In this document: positions 1 to 11,800 of the stretch, one piece after another
Numbering within the stretch: position 1 is the first letter of the stretch
How the letters are laid out: every line of letters starts with the position of its first letter
Source: Cycas panzhihuaensis
Taxonomy: Eukaryota > Plantae > Cycadophyta
Assembly: GCA_023213395.1 (NCBI GenBank)
Contig: CM041465.1
Coordinates: 126,487,741-126,551,740 of the forward strand
Length of the DNA stretch: 64,000 nucleotides
Reading direction: 5' to 3'
Notes under the pieces: generated by a model
The model's input: the letters and a program-made list of their open reading frames with translations, nothing else
Databases searched by the model: none
Told to the model about the DNA's origin: nothing
Translations under genes and position numbers: made by a program

Positions 1-790
1 TTATCAAAACGTTATGAACTTAAAGAAGATAAGTCATGAAAATAAGATTAATTTTAGATTCACCTATTCATTATAGGGTGTACCCTATGCTTGGCACAAA
101 TAATTATACCCAACTAAGACATGGGAGAATATTATGAAGTAATTTAAGGAGATATTGTAAAAGTTTTTAAGTAATGAGGTAGTGGAGTTATCTCTCAAGG
201 AAATGAGATAAAGGCTAGTAGAATTACTTTTAATACGATATGAAAAATAAATATTAAAGTTGTAAGTATTATGAATGGAGAAAAAATCATGGATTATAAG
301 AAGAGAAACTATTTTACAAATGGGCTAAATTCCATTTCACACATGAGTTGGTATTACACTTTGAGAAAGAGATGGGCATTTAAAAGGGCAGCCATAAACC
401 TTATTATTTAGATCACAAGATAAAATGTAATAATTAAGAAGCCAAAATATAAATAAACCTTGCTATTAAGTAACAAAAATAAAGGAGACCTCAAAAGTAG
501 AAGCCTTTAAAAAGGAAGTCACAAGATTAAAGTTATAAAGAAAGAAACCTAAACTTACTAAGGAGAAGAAGAACAAAAAAATATAGGGGTAACGAATCAG
601 AATTAAAGAAGTGGTGTCACATTTGTGATAATAATTCATATTCTAGTAAAAAATGTGACCTAAATGAGAGGAATAATATGGTAAAAAAGTAAAGTACATG
701 GTGTTATATTTGTGATATGGATAACCATAATATGAATAAACACTATTTTAATATATGTAAAACAAACCAATACTAAGACAAGTTATGGAA
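1..790 (+). mobile_element. Decayed Ty3/gypsy-type gag (retrotransposon gag domain plus two zinc-knuckle relics); repeated in each monomer from ~11805, 16704, 21588, 26527, 31362, 36276, 41322 (partial), 53410, 58295 and 62800
   Basis: Hand translation (frame taken from the undeleted copy at 21.6 kb): FTYSL*GVPYAWHK*LYPTKTWENIMK*FKE...LKEMR*...KRNYFINGLNSKVRA, followed by WCHICDNNSYSSKKC and WCYICDMDNHNMNKH at 612-745. Most stops are TAA/TAG/TGA, consistent with C>T decay. Confidence 0.68.
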
Positions 791-1451
791 GAAGGAACGA
801 CTTAACCATGATGCAATATACTAATGGCGCAGAAGGCATGTGAAAAAATAATAATGCATGAAGAGAGAGTAAAGGAAATGTACTAAACTAACTAAAATAA
901 TAGAGATAAAATTGATCTATCCTCATAGAAAATACCTATAGAGAGATCAAACATCACCTAATAAGAAGGCTGTCAAAATCTAAGAGGTCCACTAGAGCAT
1001 ATATGCCTAAACTATTGAGAAAAGTATGTGCTTGGCCCATTGCATATACCCTTTATAAAGGAGAATATCCTATCCTAACCCAGACTCTTAAATATACCTA
1101 AAACACTAGACTCAATCTTAAAATATGAGAAGGGACTAACTAGAGTAAGAGGCCTAAAGGAGTTAAGACCACATGATCCACATGATCATTAGGTAGGTTC
1201 TTGGAAAATTATCAATTGCAGTGACTCATCTCACATAAGTTTGAGATAGGCTAATAATAGTACATGCATTTAACTCCAACTGGCATCAAGCTCTAATAGG
1301 TAAAATAAAAAGAGGCCACTGCTCTCAATAAGATGCATAGAGTTCACTCGGTTGTTGAGGTCAAGACATATAAACGCATAGTGAGCGTAGATGCCCACCA
1401 TTAGGCCATTCAGAATATGAATCATAAGACTCTTCTCACATAAGGCCAAAA

Positions 1452-1946
1452 GATCACCTCTCTCATCTAATGGTTAAATCTAGGTTCAAAGAAAGTGATC
1501 TACCTTATTTGTAAAAGAATAAGTACTTTGAGATATTATGTATCTTGATGTATTTTGTATATGCAAGAAGATAATTTATATCTTCTTGTTGTTTAGAGAT
1601 TAAAGTCAAATAATTATTGTTGAACTAATTTCTAGGTGTGATGTTGATGTACTCTAAAGTAAATAAATGGCAATTCATTATTTTGAATCAAATAAGAAAA
1701 CCAATGACAAAAAAGAGTTAAATTTAAGAATCGAAATGTTTACTAGATTTAATAAAGAGCGAGAAGTCGCTTTTCTTTCATTGTGTTTGGACGTTACTAA
1801 TATTGACAACACAACGAGATGACGACTATCGTGAGCGAATGATTCCTGTGATTACATCTACGCTCATTTTAGTTTGTAGAAATGGTGCTTCAAAGCTTCC
1901 TTAGTCGAAAGACGCTCCTTGGGTCAAACTTCAACAAACCTAGAAG
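1452..1946 (-). pseudogene. AFC/LAMMER kinase 3' fragment (last ~27 codons plus ~410 bp 3' flank) carried by every monomer; other copies start at 13278, 18162, 23081, 27983, 32821, 37518, 42429, 54869 and 59752
   Basis: Aligns by eye to 3650-4115. Clean copies translate on the - strand as LRGLLKFDPRE(C/R)LSANEALKHHFYKLK*, versus LRGLLKFDPRERLSANEALNHHFFKLK* in the gene copy. Confidence 0.92.
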
Positions 1947-3648
1947 ATGGGGTGTTGTTTGAAGAAAACCTCTTCTTTAAGGTCTCTATTGAGGAAAGTA
2001 CCCTTCACATCCATTTGTTAAATATGCCGATTAAATTAGATTGCTAAGGACATAACCAAATGGAATGTGATCACATTGGCACACGGCAAAGGTCTTGTCA
2101 TAATCAATCCCTCTTGTTATTTAAAACCTCTCGCTATAAGGCGAGCCATGAGTGTCATACTTTGTAAGGCCTTTTAGTAGTTATGGGAGGAGGAACATCC
2201 ATTAATAATTATTATACCCATTAGGATGTAGTTGAATGCTAGTGGCTTCCACCTGAAGTTCATCAACTAAAATTGGAGCTAAAGTTATACTTTCTTGAGT
2301 TGTTGATGTAGATGCTACTGGAATCGATGAAGGAGCTGGAGTGTAGGAGGAGGTTAGTTTTGGTGGCTCCACAATTTGTCCAAGAATCACTTAACATACA
2401 CAAACTACTTCTACTGCTGTAATATAAGGTTGAGGTGAAGGTAGGTCCTATGAATCTTCTATAAATATTATATCCCGTGTTGCGTAAACTTGGTTACCAA
2501 CTATGTCAAACACTTTATAGGCTTTACAACCAAGTACATAGCTAAAGAAGATGCATTTCAGTCTCTTGTCATCAAGCTTCTTTTTGTTTTCCTTTGAAAT
2601 ATATTTATATTCCATGCATCCAAAGATCTGCACGAGTACTATCGATGGTTTCTGACCTGACCAAACTTCTTCAAGAGTAATATTCCTGACTGCAATTCTA
2701 GGACTTATGTTGGTTAGATAAGTAGTTATGGTTGTGGCATCAACCCAAGATCTGGTCGACGGCAACACTAAGCATGGCTTTTCCTTTATTTATCAATGTC
2801 TAATTCATTCTTTTGACTACACCATTTTGTTGAGGTGTGTGGGGAGCTGGGAATTGATGTTGGATGCCATGTTCCTTGCCCAAAATGTTGGACTGATTAG
2901 AAATATACTCAAAGCCACCATTATCAGATCTAAGGGGCTTGATTATCATTCTACTTTCCTTTTCTATGGCAGCTTTGAACTGTTTGAATTTATTTGGGGT
3001 TTTATACTCATTTCTCAGGAAATAGACCTACATTTTCCTTGAGAAGTCATCTATGAATGTGATGAAATGCGAGTTCATATTGAGTGGTTAGACAGTCACC
3101 AACCTCAGAATTTCGGATGGACCATCTCTAACTGCTACTGGGATCTCCATGTGTTCTTAGAAGGAAAATTTTCTCGTTAGTGCTTTTCTGTTAGGCAAGC
3201 CCCACATATGTTGTTGTACCTCTTAATTTTATGTAAACCATGTACCATTTGGAGCTTAAATATGAGGTCCAAGATTTGCATGTTTTAAATGACTCAGGCA
3301 TTAATTCCATAGGTATACTTTGTGGAGCTATCTGAGATGACATTTTCCTTTCAATATGAGAATTCACCCGGTTCTTATATACAAAAAGATTCTTCATTAA
3401 CGACTTCATTTACCTTATCAATTTGAGCTATGTTGGGCATTGAACAAGCTTCATTTTATGGAGTAGTTGTAATGGGGATACCACCCGACCTATATAGGCC
3501 ACCATCTTCATGTCTCAGTGGCCGAGGTTTGCATGTTGCATGATCTCATGCGATTCTACTAATGCCCTAGCCAAAGAGGATATCTACATGATGTTTGTTT
3601 ATTCCCGCGATAGAGAGCAAGTTCGTCTCCATTTCGGGTGCAAGGAAA
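1947..3648 (-). mobile_element. Truncated copia fragment (partial RT, integrase, pre-integrase) of a K-type monomer, fused to the kinase 3' flank at 3649
   Basis: ORF 2448-2768 (EEVWSGQKPS...IFGC...KKLDDK..KCIF..Y...KAYKVFD) is the copia integrase C-terminal/SH3-like region. The fragment ends at GCAAGGAA|ATGATCACCTC. Confidence 0.9.
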
Positions 3649-4031
3649 TGATCACCTCTCTAATCTAATGATTAAATCTAGGTTCGAAAAAAGTGATCTG
3701 CGTTGTTTGTAAAAGAATAAGGACCTTGTCATATTATGTATCTTGATTTATTTTGTATATGCAAGAAAATAATTTATATCTTTTTGTCGTTTAGGAGATT
3801 AGAGTCAAATAATTATTGTTCAACTAATTTCTAGGCGTGGCGTTGATGTACTCTAAAGGCAATTCATTATTTTGAATCAAATAAGAAAAATCATGACAAA
3901 AAACAATTAAATTTAAGAGACGAAATGTTTACCAGACGAATAAAGAGCGTAGAAGCCGTCACTAATATTGACAACACAACGTAGACGACGCACTATCAGG
4001 AGCGAATGATTCCCAGGGATTACATCTACGT

Positions 4032-5189
4032 TCATTTTAGTTTGAAGAAGTGGTGGTTCAAAGCTTCGTTAGCGGAAAGACGCTCCCTTGGGTCAAACTT
4101 CAACAAACCACGAAGCAAATCAATGAGGGCTTCTGATGAGGGATCCCCATTTTGATTGACAAGATTCCGCAGGCGAGGCAATCTCTGGACTAGTCGAACT
4201 CTGTCTCTGGATGCAGCGCCCGTGGCCAGTTGAGTTCCCTACCATTTCTAATGTACTCCCTTCCACAATCAGCAGCCCATTTTATCATATGTTGAGGAAT
4301 TGGTCCCAATACCCGCTGCATCATTGCAAGGTGTTCCAAATCATCATCGGTCTGAAAAAGGGCATTTCCACAGAATAATTCCGCCAAAACGCACCCAACA
4401 CTCCACAAATCGATAGGATAACTCCATCCAACACCCATTACCACCTCAGGTGCTCGGTAACCTCTCGTGGTAACTACCTTGCGATGGTATTGGTTCTGGA
4501 ATGTGGCATTACCAAAATCTATGAGTTTAATTGCACTCGACGAGGGAATGCACTTATAACGATTCTTACGATCCGAAGAATTCTTGTCATATTCCGAGGA
4601 GACGAGAAGAATGTTATCAGGCTTTAGATCAGTATGTGAGAGAGTGAGCTCATGAATGAATGCAACAGCCTCCAACAGCTGACGTGCGAATTCCCGAATC
4701 AGAACAACAGACAAGGGCCGGTGATTGTTTCTACGTAATAAATCGTATAAACTCGGTCCAAGCTTTTCACAAACAATGCACACATGGGCACCAAAATGAA
4801 ACCAAGTCTTCAATTTCAGGCAGCCCCGGGATCCATTGGTATCAAACTCTGCTATCCTGCGAAGAATGTCAATTTCAGTCATAGCTGCAACACCATATTG
4901 CCATTCACTGCGGATAACCTTGATGGCTACATGCTCTTGCTTTTCACCGTCCCAACAATCTAAAACTCTACCAAAAGTTCCTTCGCCCAGTTTGCTAATA
5001 ATCCTGTACCGAGATGTTATGTTTTCTCCAACCTCAAACACGTAGTGCCCATCTTTGTTATCCGGTCGCCATGGATGGGACGCAACAGCATGTACATGGT
5101 TAGATCTCCTTTTTCTTCCCGTGATTGGACCGTGACTCTTTAATACGACGACTTGTGGAAGGTTGTTTATAATAAACTGCGCTCTCCAT
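4032..5189 (-). pseudogene. AFC: Intronless LAMMER/AFC-type (CLK family) Ser/Thr/Tyr protein kinase, copy 1; two frame disruptions as assembled
   Basis: Motifs PWRPDNKDGHY, GEGTFG, VAIK, HTDLKPDN, DFG, YRAPE, DLWSVG and EHLAMMQRVLG. The ATG at 5189 is put out of frame by a 14-bp deletion at 5108/5109 relative to copy 2. A 1-nt shift at ~4221 hides the C-terminus GAASRDRVRLVQRLPRLRNLV...DPRERLSANEALNHHFFKLK* (stop 4032-4034). Confidence 0.88.
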
Positions 5190-5206
5190 ACCAAAACCTC
5201 TTCCAA
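4190..5206 (-). CDS. AFC: Open kinase-domain reading frame of AFC-like kinase copy 1 (338 aa; TTG start; subdomain XI lost to a frameshift)
   Basis: ORF track. Subdomains I-X are uninterrupted over ~1 kb, but the first in-frame ATG lies downstream of the VAIK motif. It would be a functional CDS only if the two indels are assembly errors. Confidence 0.45.
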   Translation of the reverse strand: MEEVLVWRAQFIINNLPQVVVLKSHGPITGRKRRSNHVHAVASHPWRPDNKDGHYVFEVGENITSRYRIISKLGEGTFGRVLDCWDGEKQEHVAIKVIRSEWQYGVAAMTEIDILRRIAEFDTNGSRGCLKLKTWFHFGAHVCIVCEKLGPSLYDLLRRNNHRPLSVVLIREFARQLLEAVAFIHELTLSHTDLKPDNILLVSSEYDKNSSDRKNRYKCIPSSSAIKLIDFGNATFQNQYHRKVVTTRGYRAPEVVMGVGWSYPIDLWSVGCVLAELFCGNALFQTDDDLEHLAMMQRVLGPIPQHMIKWAADCGREYIRNGRELNWPRALHPETEFD

Positions 5207-5899
5207 GAGATCAACCGAGCGATTATTTCAGCGTGTGTATCGAATTATTTTCGATCCTAGATACTTTGCAGAAATTATTGAACCGCACAATAACAGTACA
5301 CACAAGTTAAAGCGCCTCCACACACAATCGAATTGTGATGTCTTACCGTACAGCTTCCTACTTACTATATATGGATTCAGGTATGCGTGCGGCCGACTTA
5401 TAGCTGAGGCGGCCCACAACACACAGAGACACCATAGGCATGTCCTTATTCAGCACGTCTCTCTGCTCAGAACTCCTCCCCGTCCTCTTCCCTTAGGGAA
5501 GGATAGCATGGAGTAATTTTATTGACGGCTATGCCCTTGCCAATACCTCTCGTCATCCCAAAACTAGAACACTTTACAAAGAATCGCATCAAGGACACGA
5601 CTAAGGAAACCGTCATAGCGCATGTGAAACCGAGTCAACTCATTATCTTCTAAAGACGCTTCATACCATTAATGCTCTCATTTACTTAGAATAACGGTTC
5701 ATACTCCACCTTGCTCTGGAACCTTATCTTAAATCCTACCACCGTGTCTTCATTTCACAATTGTTGAAGGCACTTATTTCTAAAGGACATCCGATGTTGC
5801 CACTAGAATGTATCTATGATGATGGAAATGTAAGATAGAAGCCACAGCCAATAACGTGGTATCAAATGATAGCTTGCATACTCAAAATTAAGGCTCTCT

Positions 5900-7340
5900 C
5901 AAACATTATTAATGGAAATTAGAAAAGACTTGAAAAGTGCGTTAACGACAAGAACTCAAGCACAAACAAACCATAATAAATACGAATAATGGAAAATAGA
6001 AAGAACTCAATCTATGGTTATTTGGAAATGCCATTTATGGATACAACGTTTGAGATGGGTTATGCTAGAAGGATTACAGTGGGGTTTATCATAGATGATG
6101 GAAACATGATATGAACCGTCATGAACAACCTCAATTACTGCAAAAGTACCGTGCCAACAAGAATGAAATTTATCGATGCAAATTCATCATTAACTTTGTC
6201 AAAAAGAAAAATGAGTCCAATGGGGTAAAATAAAGAAAGAAAACAGCTTTGATCATATTTTAAATTAGGTTGCATTTTGATATCTTCTAGATTGTTTAAG
6301 TAACGCAGATATCTTCACCAACCTTTTCTAGCTTAATGAGCCAAGTCTCAAATGCTATGCAATTCAAAAGTTGGTTGCAAATATCTGAATAAAGGGAATG
6401 AATTTTACTTTTAATGGGAATTATAGATTCTAGACCATAAACTAGAGAAGATGTGACAAATCCATTAGCTATCATGACAATGGATCAATTGAGATATAAG
6501 GATGGATAAATTTAACAATGCTAATAATTTTTGTATTCGTGAATGATAGTTTTCAAGAGTGATAATCAAGAGAAGGGTGATACGAGACAATGTGAAAGGT
6601 AAGGTAGATACACGTGTTATATTTGGCAATGGAGCTATAAATGTTGAATATATTGTCATATAAATATGAGATGAGAATAATTGGTAGGGAAACAAGTTGG
6701 GGATGAGAAGTATATGGGCGGTGTAAGTGAACGCAATGAATGTGGGCACTTTAGAAATAGAGTCATGGAGTATTAATTCAATGAGTATTAAGGGTTTTTT
6801 CATAAATATGATGATCTCGATACGCAAGTAGTGATTGTCTAGATGATGGTAAAAGAAATAATGTTAGGAGGTTAACCATAATCAAAGGTTATAAGAGAGT
6901 TAAATTCAAGAATGGTACGAACTTGTATATAATAATGGTTATTAAAATTGACATCTATAAAGACTAAACAAAATGACAACTATTAGGTAATACAAGGTAA
7001 TATGGTAGTCAGTAGTTAGTGTGTGTAATGTTACTAGCAAGCATAACATTATGGGAAGTAAAAGTGATAAGCATGATGCAATGGTGCTATTTTAAGGCAT
7101 TTACTTAGATACATACAATTACCTCATAATTCTATGGGGTTGGTAGGGAGTTAATGAACGATTGCATCAGAAGATCTCCATCAACGTGACTTAAACAATT
7201 TGCATAAACTTTTCACTATTTATATACACACATAAGCAAGGAAGTTAATAGAGATTACCTAAGAGTTATCAAAGTACAAAAACCTTTGCATGGGTCAAGG
7301 TTTAGAAATTGTTAAGGAACCTCGCAAAGGATGTCTCTAG
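5900..7340 (+). mobile_element. Highly decayed Ty3/gypsy-like gag-pol remnant, cut off by the copia LTR at 7341
   Basis: Purine/AT-rich decayed coding-like sequence. Near 7260-7292 it reads ELSKYKN/FAW, resembling the 'EYKDVFAW' segment that precedes gypsy RT. Weak, motif-level evidence only. Confidence 0.4.
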
Positions 7341-7729
7341 TGTTGAATACTCGTAATCTAAGAAATCATGTGCTTTGATCAATATATTAAGTAAAATAAT
7401 ATAACTATGCAATAAAACGTGTGAAATAAATAAGCATAACTCAGATGGACAAAGTACGGGTGGATTTGCCACCACATAGAGCTCTATTTGGGAGGATCTT
7501 CTACATTAATCATAATCCAATGTATAACACAATGGTGCGTAGTCTTAATTTATAAATAACTTGCCAATACTTGAAAGATGCAATAGGCTCACTAAGCAAC
7601 AAATAAGGCGGATCTGACTAGTTTATATAATAACATTAAATTATAACAAAGGGTCGCCTTAATATTATACAATGTGCACAAATTATATGAAGTACAAGAA
7701 ATGATGGGTGTTATTACATGGTTTTAACA
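7341..7729 (-). repeat. Probable 3' LTR (~389 bp) of the old copia element
   Basis: Bounded by TGTTGAA...TTTAACA and abutted by CCATCCCTTAA (TTAAGGGATGG on -, PPT-like) just after the RNase H end. No partner LTR is in the window, so the outer boundary is inferred. Confidence 0.6.
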
Positions 7730-8870
7730 CCATCCCTTAATAGGAGCTTCATTTCTTCTGATACCGAGGTCATGTCTAAACCGTTTAAACTTTGATTTAC
7801 TAAGAGCTTTGGTGAAGATGTCCACAACCCGTCCTCGCTGGATGATAGATTTAAATTAGCTCCTCCGCTCTAGACATGTTCATGGAGGAAGTGATGATGG
7901 CTCTCAATGTATTCTATCATGAAATACAGGATTCCATCTCTGATACACTTTGATTGTGGTAATCGAGGATGATGGGTGCATGTCATTGAAGTCCAAGTTC
8001 AGTAAGAATGCTTTTAAGATAAATCAACTCAGTTGTATGATGGACAACTGCTTTATATTCTATTTTGATGGAGGAAATAGAAACACTTGGCTGCTTATTA
8101 TAGCTCCACGAGATTACAACTAAATTTACGTCAAAATAATAACCTGAAGTTGAGTCGTGAGTATCTTGGCAACTTGCCCAGTCAGCATCTATATGTCCTT
8201 TTAGTATAGGGGGATTAGATTAGTTATAGTTAACGCCAAACTGATGTGTGCCATGGATATATCTGAGAATCCTAGTATAGGCTTTCTAATGATATACTTT
8301 TGGTTATGACATGTACCTAGAATAGATCTCTACTACATATAAAATATCCATACGAGTGTGGGTGAAATAGATGAGGTTTCCAACTAATCATTTCAGACAA
8401 AGTGGGATCAAAAGGCTTTCCTTGTTTATCTAGGTTTGGGTTAGTTCCTTTCTCCATAGGAATTTATGCTGTTTTATATATTGTCATCCTAAATTTTTCT
8501 AAAAGCTCATTGGCATACTTTGTTTGAGTCAGGAAGATGTGTCTTAGTTCTTGTCAAACATAATGTTCAAGGAAGTAGTGGAGTAACCTACGATCTGTCA
8601 TCTCAAAGTTACCTCTCAATTATGATTGAAGCCAAGCAAGGCTATCTGTGTCATTGTCAATGATTGCAAGATCATTTACATAGAGAACAACGATTATGGC
8701 CAAATCATCTCTAGACCGACTGTAGAGCTCTAGGTAATAGGGTGAACAATTGAACTGCATAGTTAAGGACATCATCAATCTTTATACACCAGGTACATTG
8801 TGCTTGTTTCAGTCTATAGATGGATTTTTCGAGTCTACATACTGAGTATTCTTATCTTGGACTAGTATAG

Positions 8871-11800
8871 ATGGGGTGTTGTTTGAAGAAAACCTATTCT
8901 TTAAGGTCTCTATTGAGGAAAGTACTCTTCACATCTATTTGCTAAATACGCCAATTAAATTAGATTGCTAAGGACATAACCAAATGGAGTGTGATCACAT
9001 TAGCTACCAGTGCAAAGGTCTTGTCATAATCAATCTCCTCTTATTATTTAAAACCACTTGCTATAAGGCGAGCTTATGAAAGTGTCATATTTTGTAAGGC
9101 CTTTTAGCAATTATGGAGGAGGAACATCTATTAATAATTGTTATACCCATTAGGATTTAGTTGAATGCTAGTGGCTTCCACCTGAAGGTCATCAACTAAA
9201 ATTAGAGGTAAAGTTATACTTTCTTGAGTTGTTGATGTAGATGCTACCGAATCGATGAAGCAGCTGGAGTGTACGAGGAGGCTAGTATTGGTGGCTCCAC
9301 AATTTGTCCAAGAGTCACTTAAGATGCATGAACTTCTTCTACTGCTATAATATAAGGTTGAGGTGGAGGTAGGTCCTATGAATCTTCTATAAATATTATA
9401 TCCCGTGGTTATGTAAACTTGGTTCCCAACCATGTCAAACACTTTATAGGCTTTCCAACCAAGTACATAATTAAGGAAGATGCATTTCAGACTTATGTCA
9501 TCAAGCTTGTGTTTGTTTTCCTTTGAAATATGTTTATATTCCATGCATCCAAAGATCTTCACGGGGGCTACCAATGGTTTCTGACATGACCAAACTTCTT
9601 CAAGAGTAATATTCCTAACTACAATTCTGGGACTTATGTTGGTTAGATAAATAGTTATGGTTGTGGCATCAACCCAGGATCCGTGGTAAGATTTGCAAAG
9701 ACCGAGCATCGCCTTTCCTTTATCTATCAATGCCTAATTCATTCTTTTAACCACACCATTTGGTTGAGGTGTGGGGAGCTGAGAACTGATGTTGGATGCC
9801 ATGTTCCTTGCCCAAAATGTTGGACTGATTAGAAATATACTCGCCACCATTATCAGATCTAAGGAGCTTGATTATCATTCTACTTTTCTTTTCTATGGCA
9901 GCTTTGAACTCTTTGAATTTATTTAGAGTTTTATACTTATTTCTCAGGAGATAAACCTACATTTTCCTTGAGAAGTCATCTATGAATGTGATGAAATGCC
10001 AGCTTTTATTGAGTGGTTAGACAGGTACCAACCCGCGAATTTCTGGGTGGACCATCTCTAACGGCGCTGAGGATCTCCATGCGTTCTTAGAAGGAAAATT
10101 TTCTCATTAGTGCTTTTCTATTAGGCAAGCCTCACATATGTTGTTGTACCTCTTAATTTTATGTAAACCATGTACCATTTGGAGCTTAAACATGAGGTCC
10201 AAGCTTTGCATGTTTAAATGACTTAGGCATTAATTCCATAGGTATACTTTGGAGCCATTTGAGATGATAATTTCCTTTTAATATGAGAATTCACCTGGTT
10301 CTTATATACAGGGGGACTCTTCATTAATGACTTCATTTACCTCATCAATTTGAGCTGTGTTGGGAATTGAACAAGCTTCATTTTATGGAGTAGTTGTAAG
10401 GGGGATACCACCCAACCTATATAGGCCACCATCTTCATATCTTATGGCCACAAGCTTGCACGTTGCATGATCTATGATTCTACTAATGCCCTAGACAAAG
10501 AGGACATCTAAATTCTGTTTGTTTATTTCATTGATAGAGAGCAAGTTCATCTCCATTTCTGGTGCAAGGAATATATTATTGATGTGGTGCCTCATATTGG
10601 AGTCCTTCAAAGCTATTGGAGCCCTACCAATTTTGGTCATTATCGTAAGCCAAATTATGCCCAAATGTGATAGTTTGAGTATCGACTGGGTGAGTCTCTT
10701 CTAACATTTTTTCTAATCCGATCATATATCTCCTTGCACCTGACTCAAGAAGCCATGCATCCTCATCAAGTTGTGCAGAAAGAGCTGTAAAAAATAGGTG
10801 ATGGAAGGAGGAATCCTAATTGTGTACCACATTACTTCCGTATTATTTATTATTATGCTGGTTTCTTTAATTTTTGATAGTGAATTACTGCTTATTTTGA
10901 GGTCTTTCTCCTTGAGCAGGTCTCAGATTCCAATTATGTTGGTAGAATTGGCCTTGTGGTTGGAATGATGACCCTTCTTATTGTTGAATAAGGCCTCTTT
11001 ATTGGAAATATGGGCCTCCTTGTTACAAAATAAGACCTCGCTATTATGGAAACGGGGCTCTTTGTAGAAGGCACGATCCTCCTTAGTAATATCCTTGTCT
11101 CTATTAAGAGTAACTAGGACCTCTTTATTGATATGAGGGTGGTCCTTATTAGTAGGTTAGGCCTAATCGTTGATAATAAGAGGTAGCTTATTAGAAGCGA
11201 GGCCCATATGATTGACTCAATTGATTTTACAAGAGTTGTGAATCAACTTGTCCTCACTTGCATTAATGTAAGTGTCTTTTTATCATAGTAGAGGCAATCG
11301 ACATCCGTCTAACCTATTAATTCTTTTAAAGTTGTGCATATGGCTGGTATTGAGACTGCCGATGCCAATGAGTTAGACAGGAGGAGGAGGTGTTAATTGG
11401 TTATTACTTTTAGGTTGGTTGTTGATATGGCTCTTGGGATATGGTCAGAGAATCTAAGTGTTGAGTTAGATCTTGGTGTTGACTAAGTTGTTGAGTTGAT
11501 CTATTGATAGTCTTACGCTTTTCTCGAAAGTTATGGGTCAGAAGGTAGGAGCGGGGTTAGATATACATGTCACCCCAAGTCAATAAGTTGAGTATATTCT
11601 CCTCTTATAACAAGAGTTCCTCGCAGGTTGTGAAGTCTATTTTGGAATAATTACCATTTAATTTGGAAACAAAGGAGTTATATTCTATAGGTAGGATGTC
11701 AATGATGCTAGAGATTAAATCATGGTTTGAAAGTGGTTCATTAAGGATTATAAGTTAGTTCCTAGTTATTTTGATTTTAATCAAGTGGTGTGCAACGTAT

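Larger units (their letters stand above)
1..1946. repeat. Partial monomer (gypsy-type gag part and kinase 3' fragment)
   Basis: Colinear with 36276-38016 and 62800-64000, sharing the 43-bp deletion GGGCTAAATTC|CATTTC. Confidence 0.9.
7341..11800 (-). mobile_element. Old, 5'-truncated Ty1/copia retrotransposon (gag-PR-INT-RT-RH-PPT-3'LTR); the source of the monomer's copia part
   Basis: On the - strand: UBN2-like gag LNEPLSNHDLISSIIDILPIEYNSFV (~11660-11750), protease WLLESG (~10740-10757), integrase with RSDNGGEY-like motif (~9835-9860), RT IVVLYVND (~8670-8695), RNase H GHIDADWAS (~8172-8198) and DIFTKALSKSKFKRFRHDLG (~7763-7822). Confidence 0.88.

Noticed and set aside
1275-1295. PBS-like TGGCATCAAGCTC after CAAC in the monomers
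   Set aside because: It needs a mismatch and a gap to fit the iMet PBS, many copies read TAGCATC, and no LTR partner or boundary could be defined.
3650-4031. Poly(A) tail or TSD marking the kinase as a fresh retrocopy
   Set aside because: No T-tract on the + strand at a plausible position and no flanking duplication. Retro-origin rests only on the lack of introns.
5364-5374. TATA-like TATATA ~180 bp upstream of the kinase ATG
   Set aside because: Too common in AT-rich DNA to call without transcription start data.
5163-5516. ORFs 5163-5516 (+) and 5228-5422 (-) upstream of the kinase
   Set aside because: No recognisable motif, non-ATG starts, and they overlap the presumed kinase 5' region.
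6465-6827. 120-aa hydrophobic ORF on the - strand
   Set aside because: The I/L/T/S bias is what the antisense of purine-rich decayed retroelement sequence produces.
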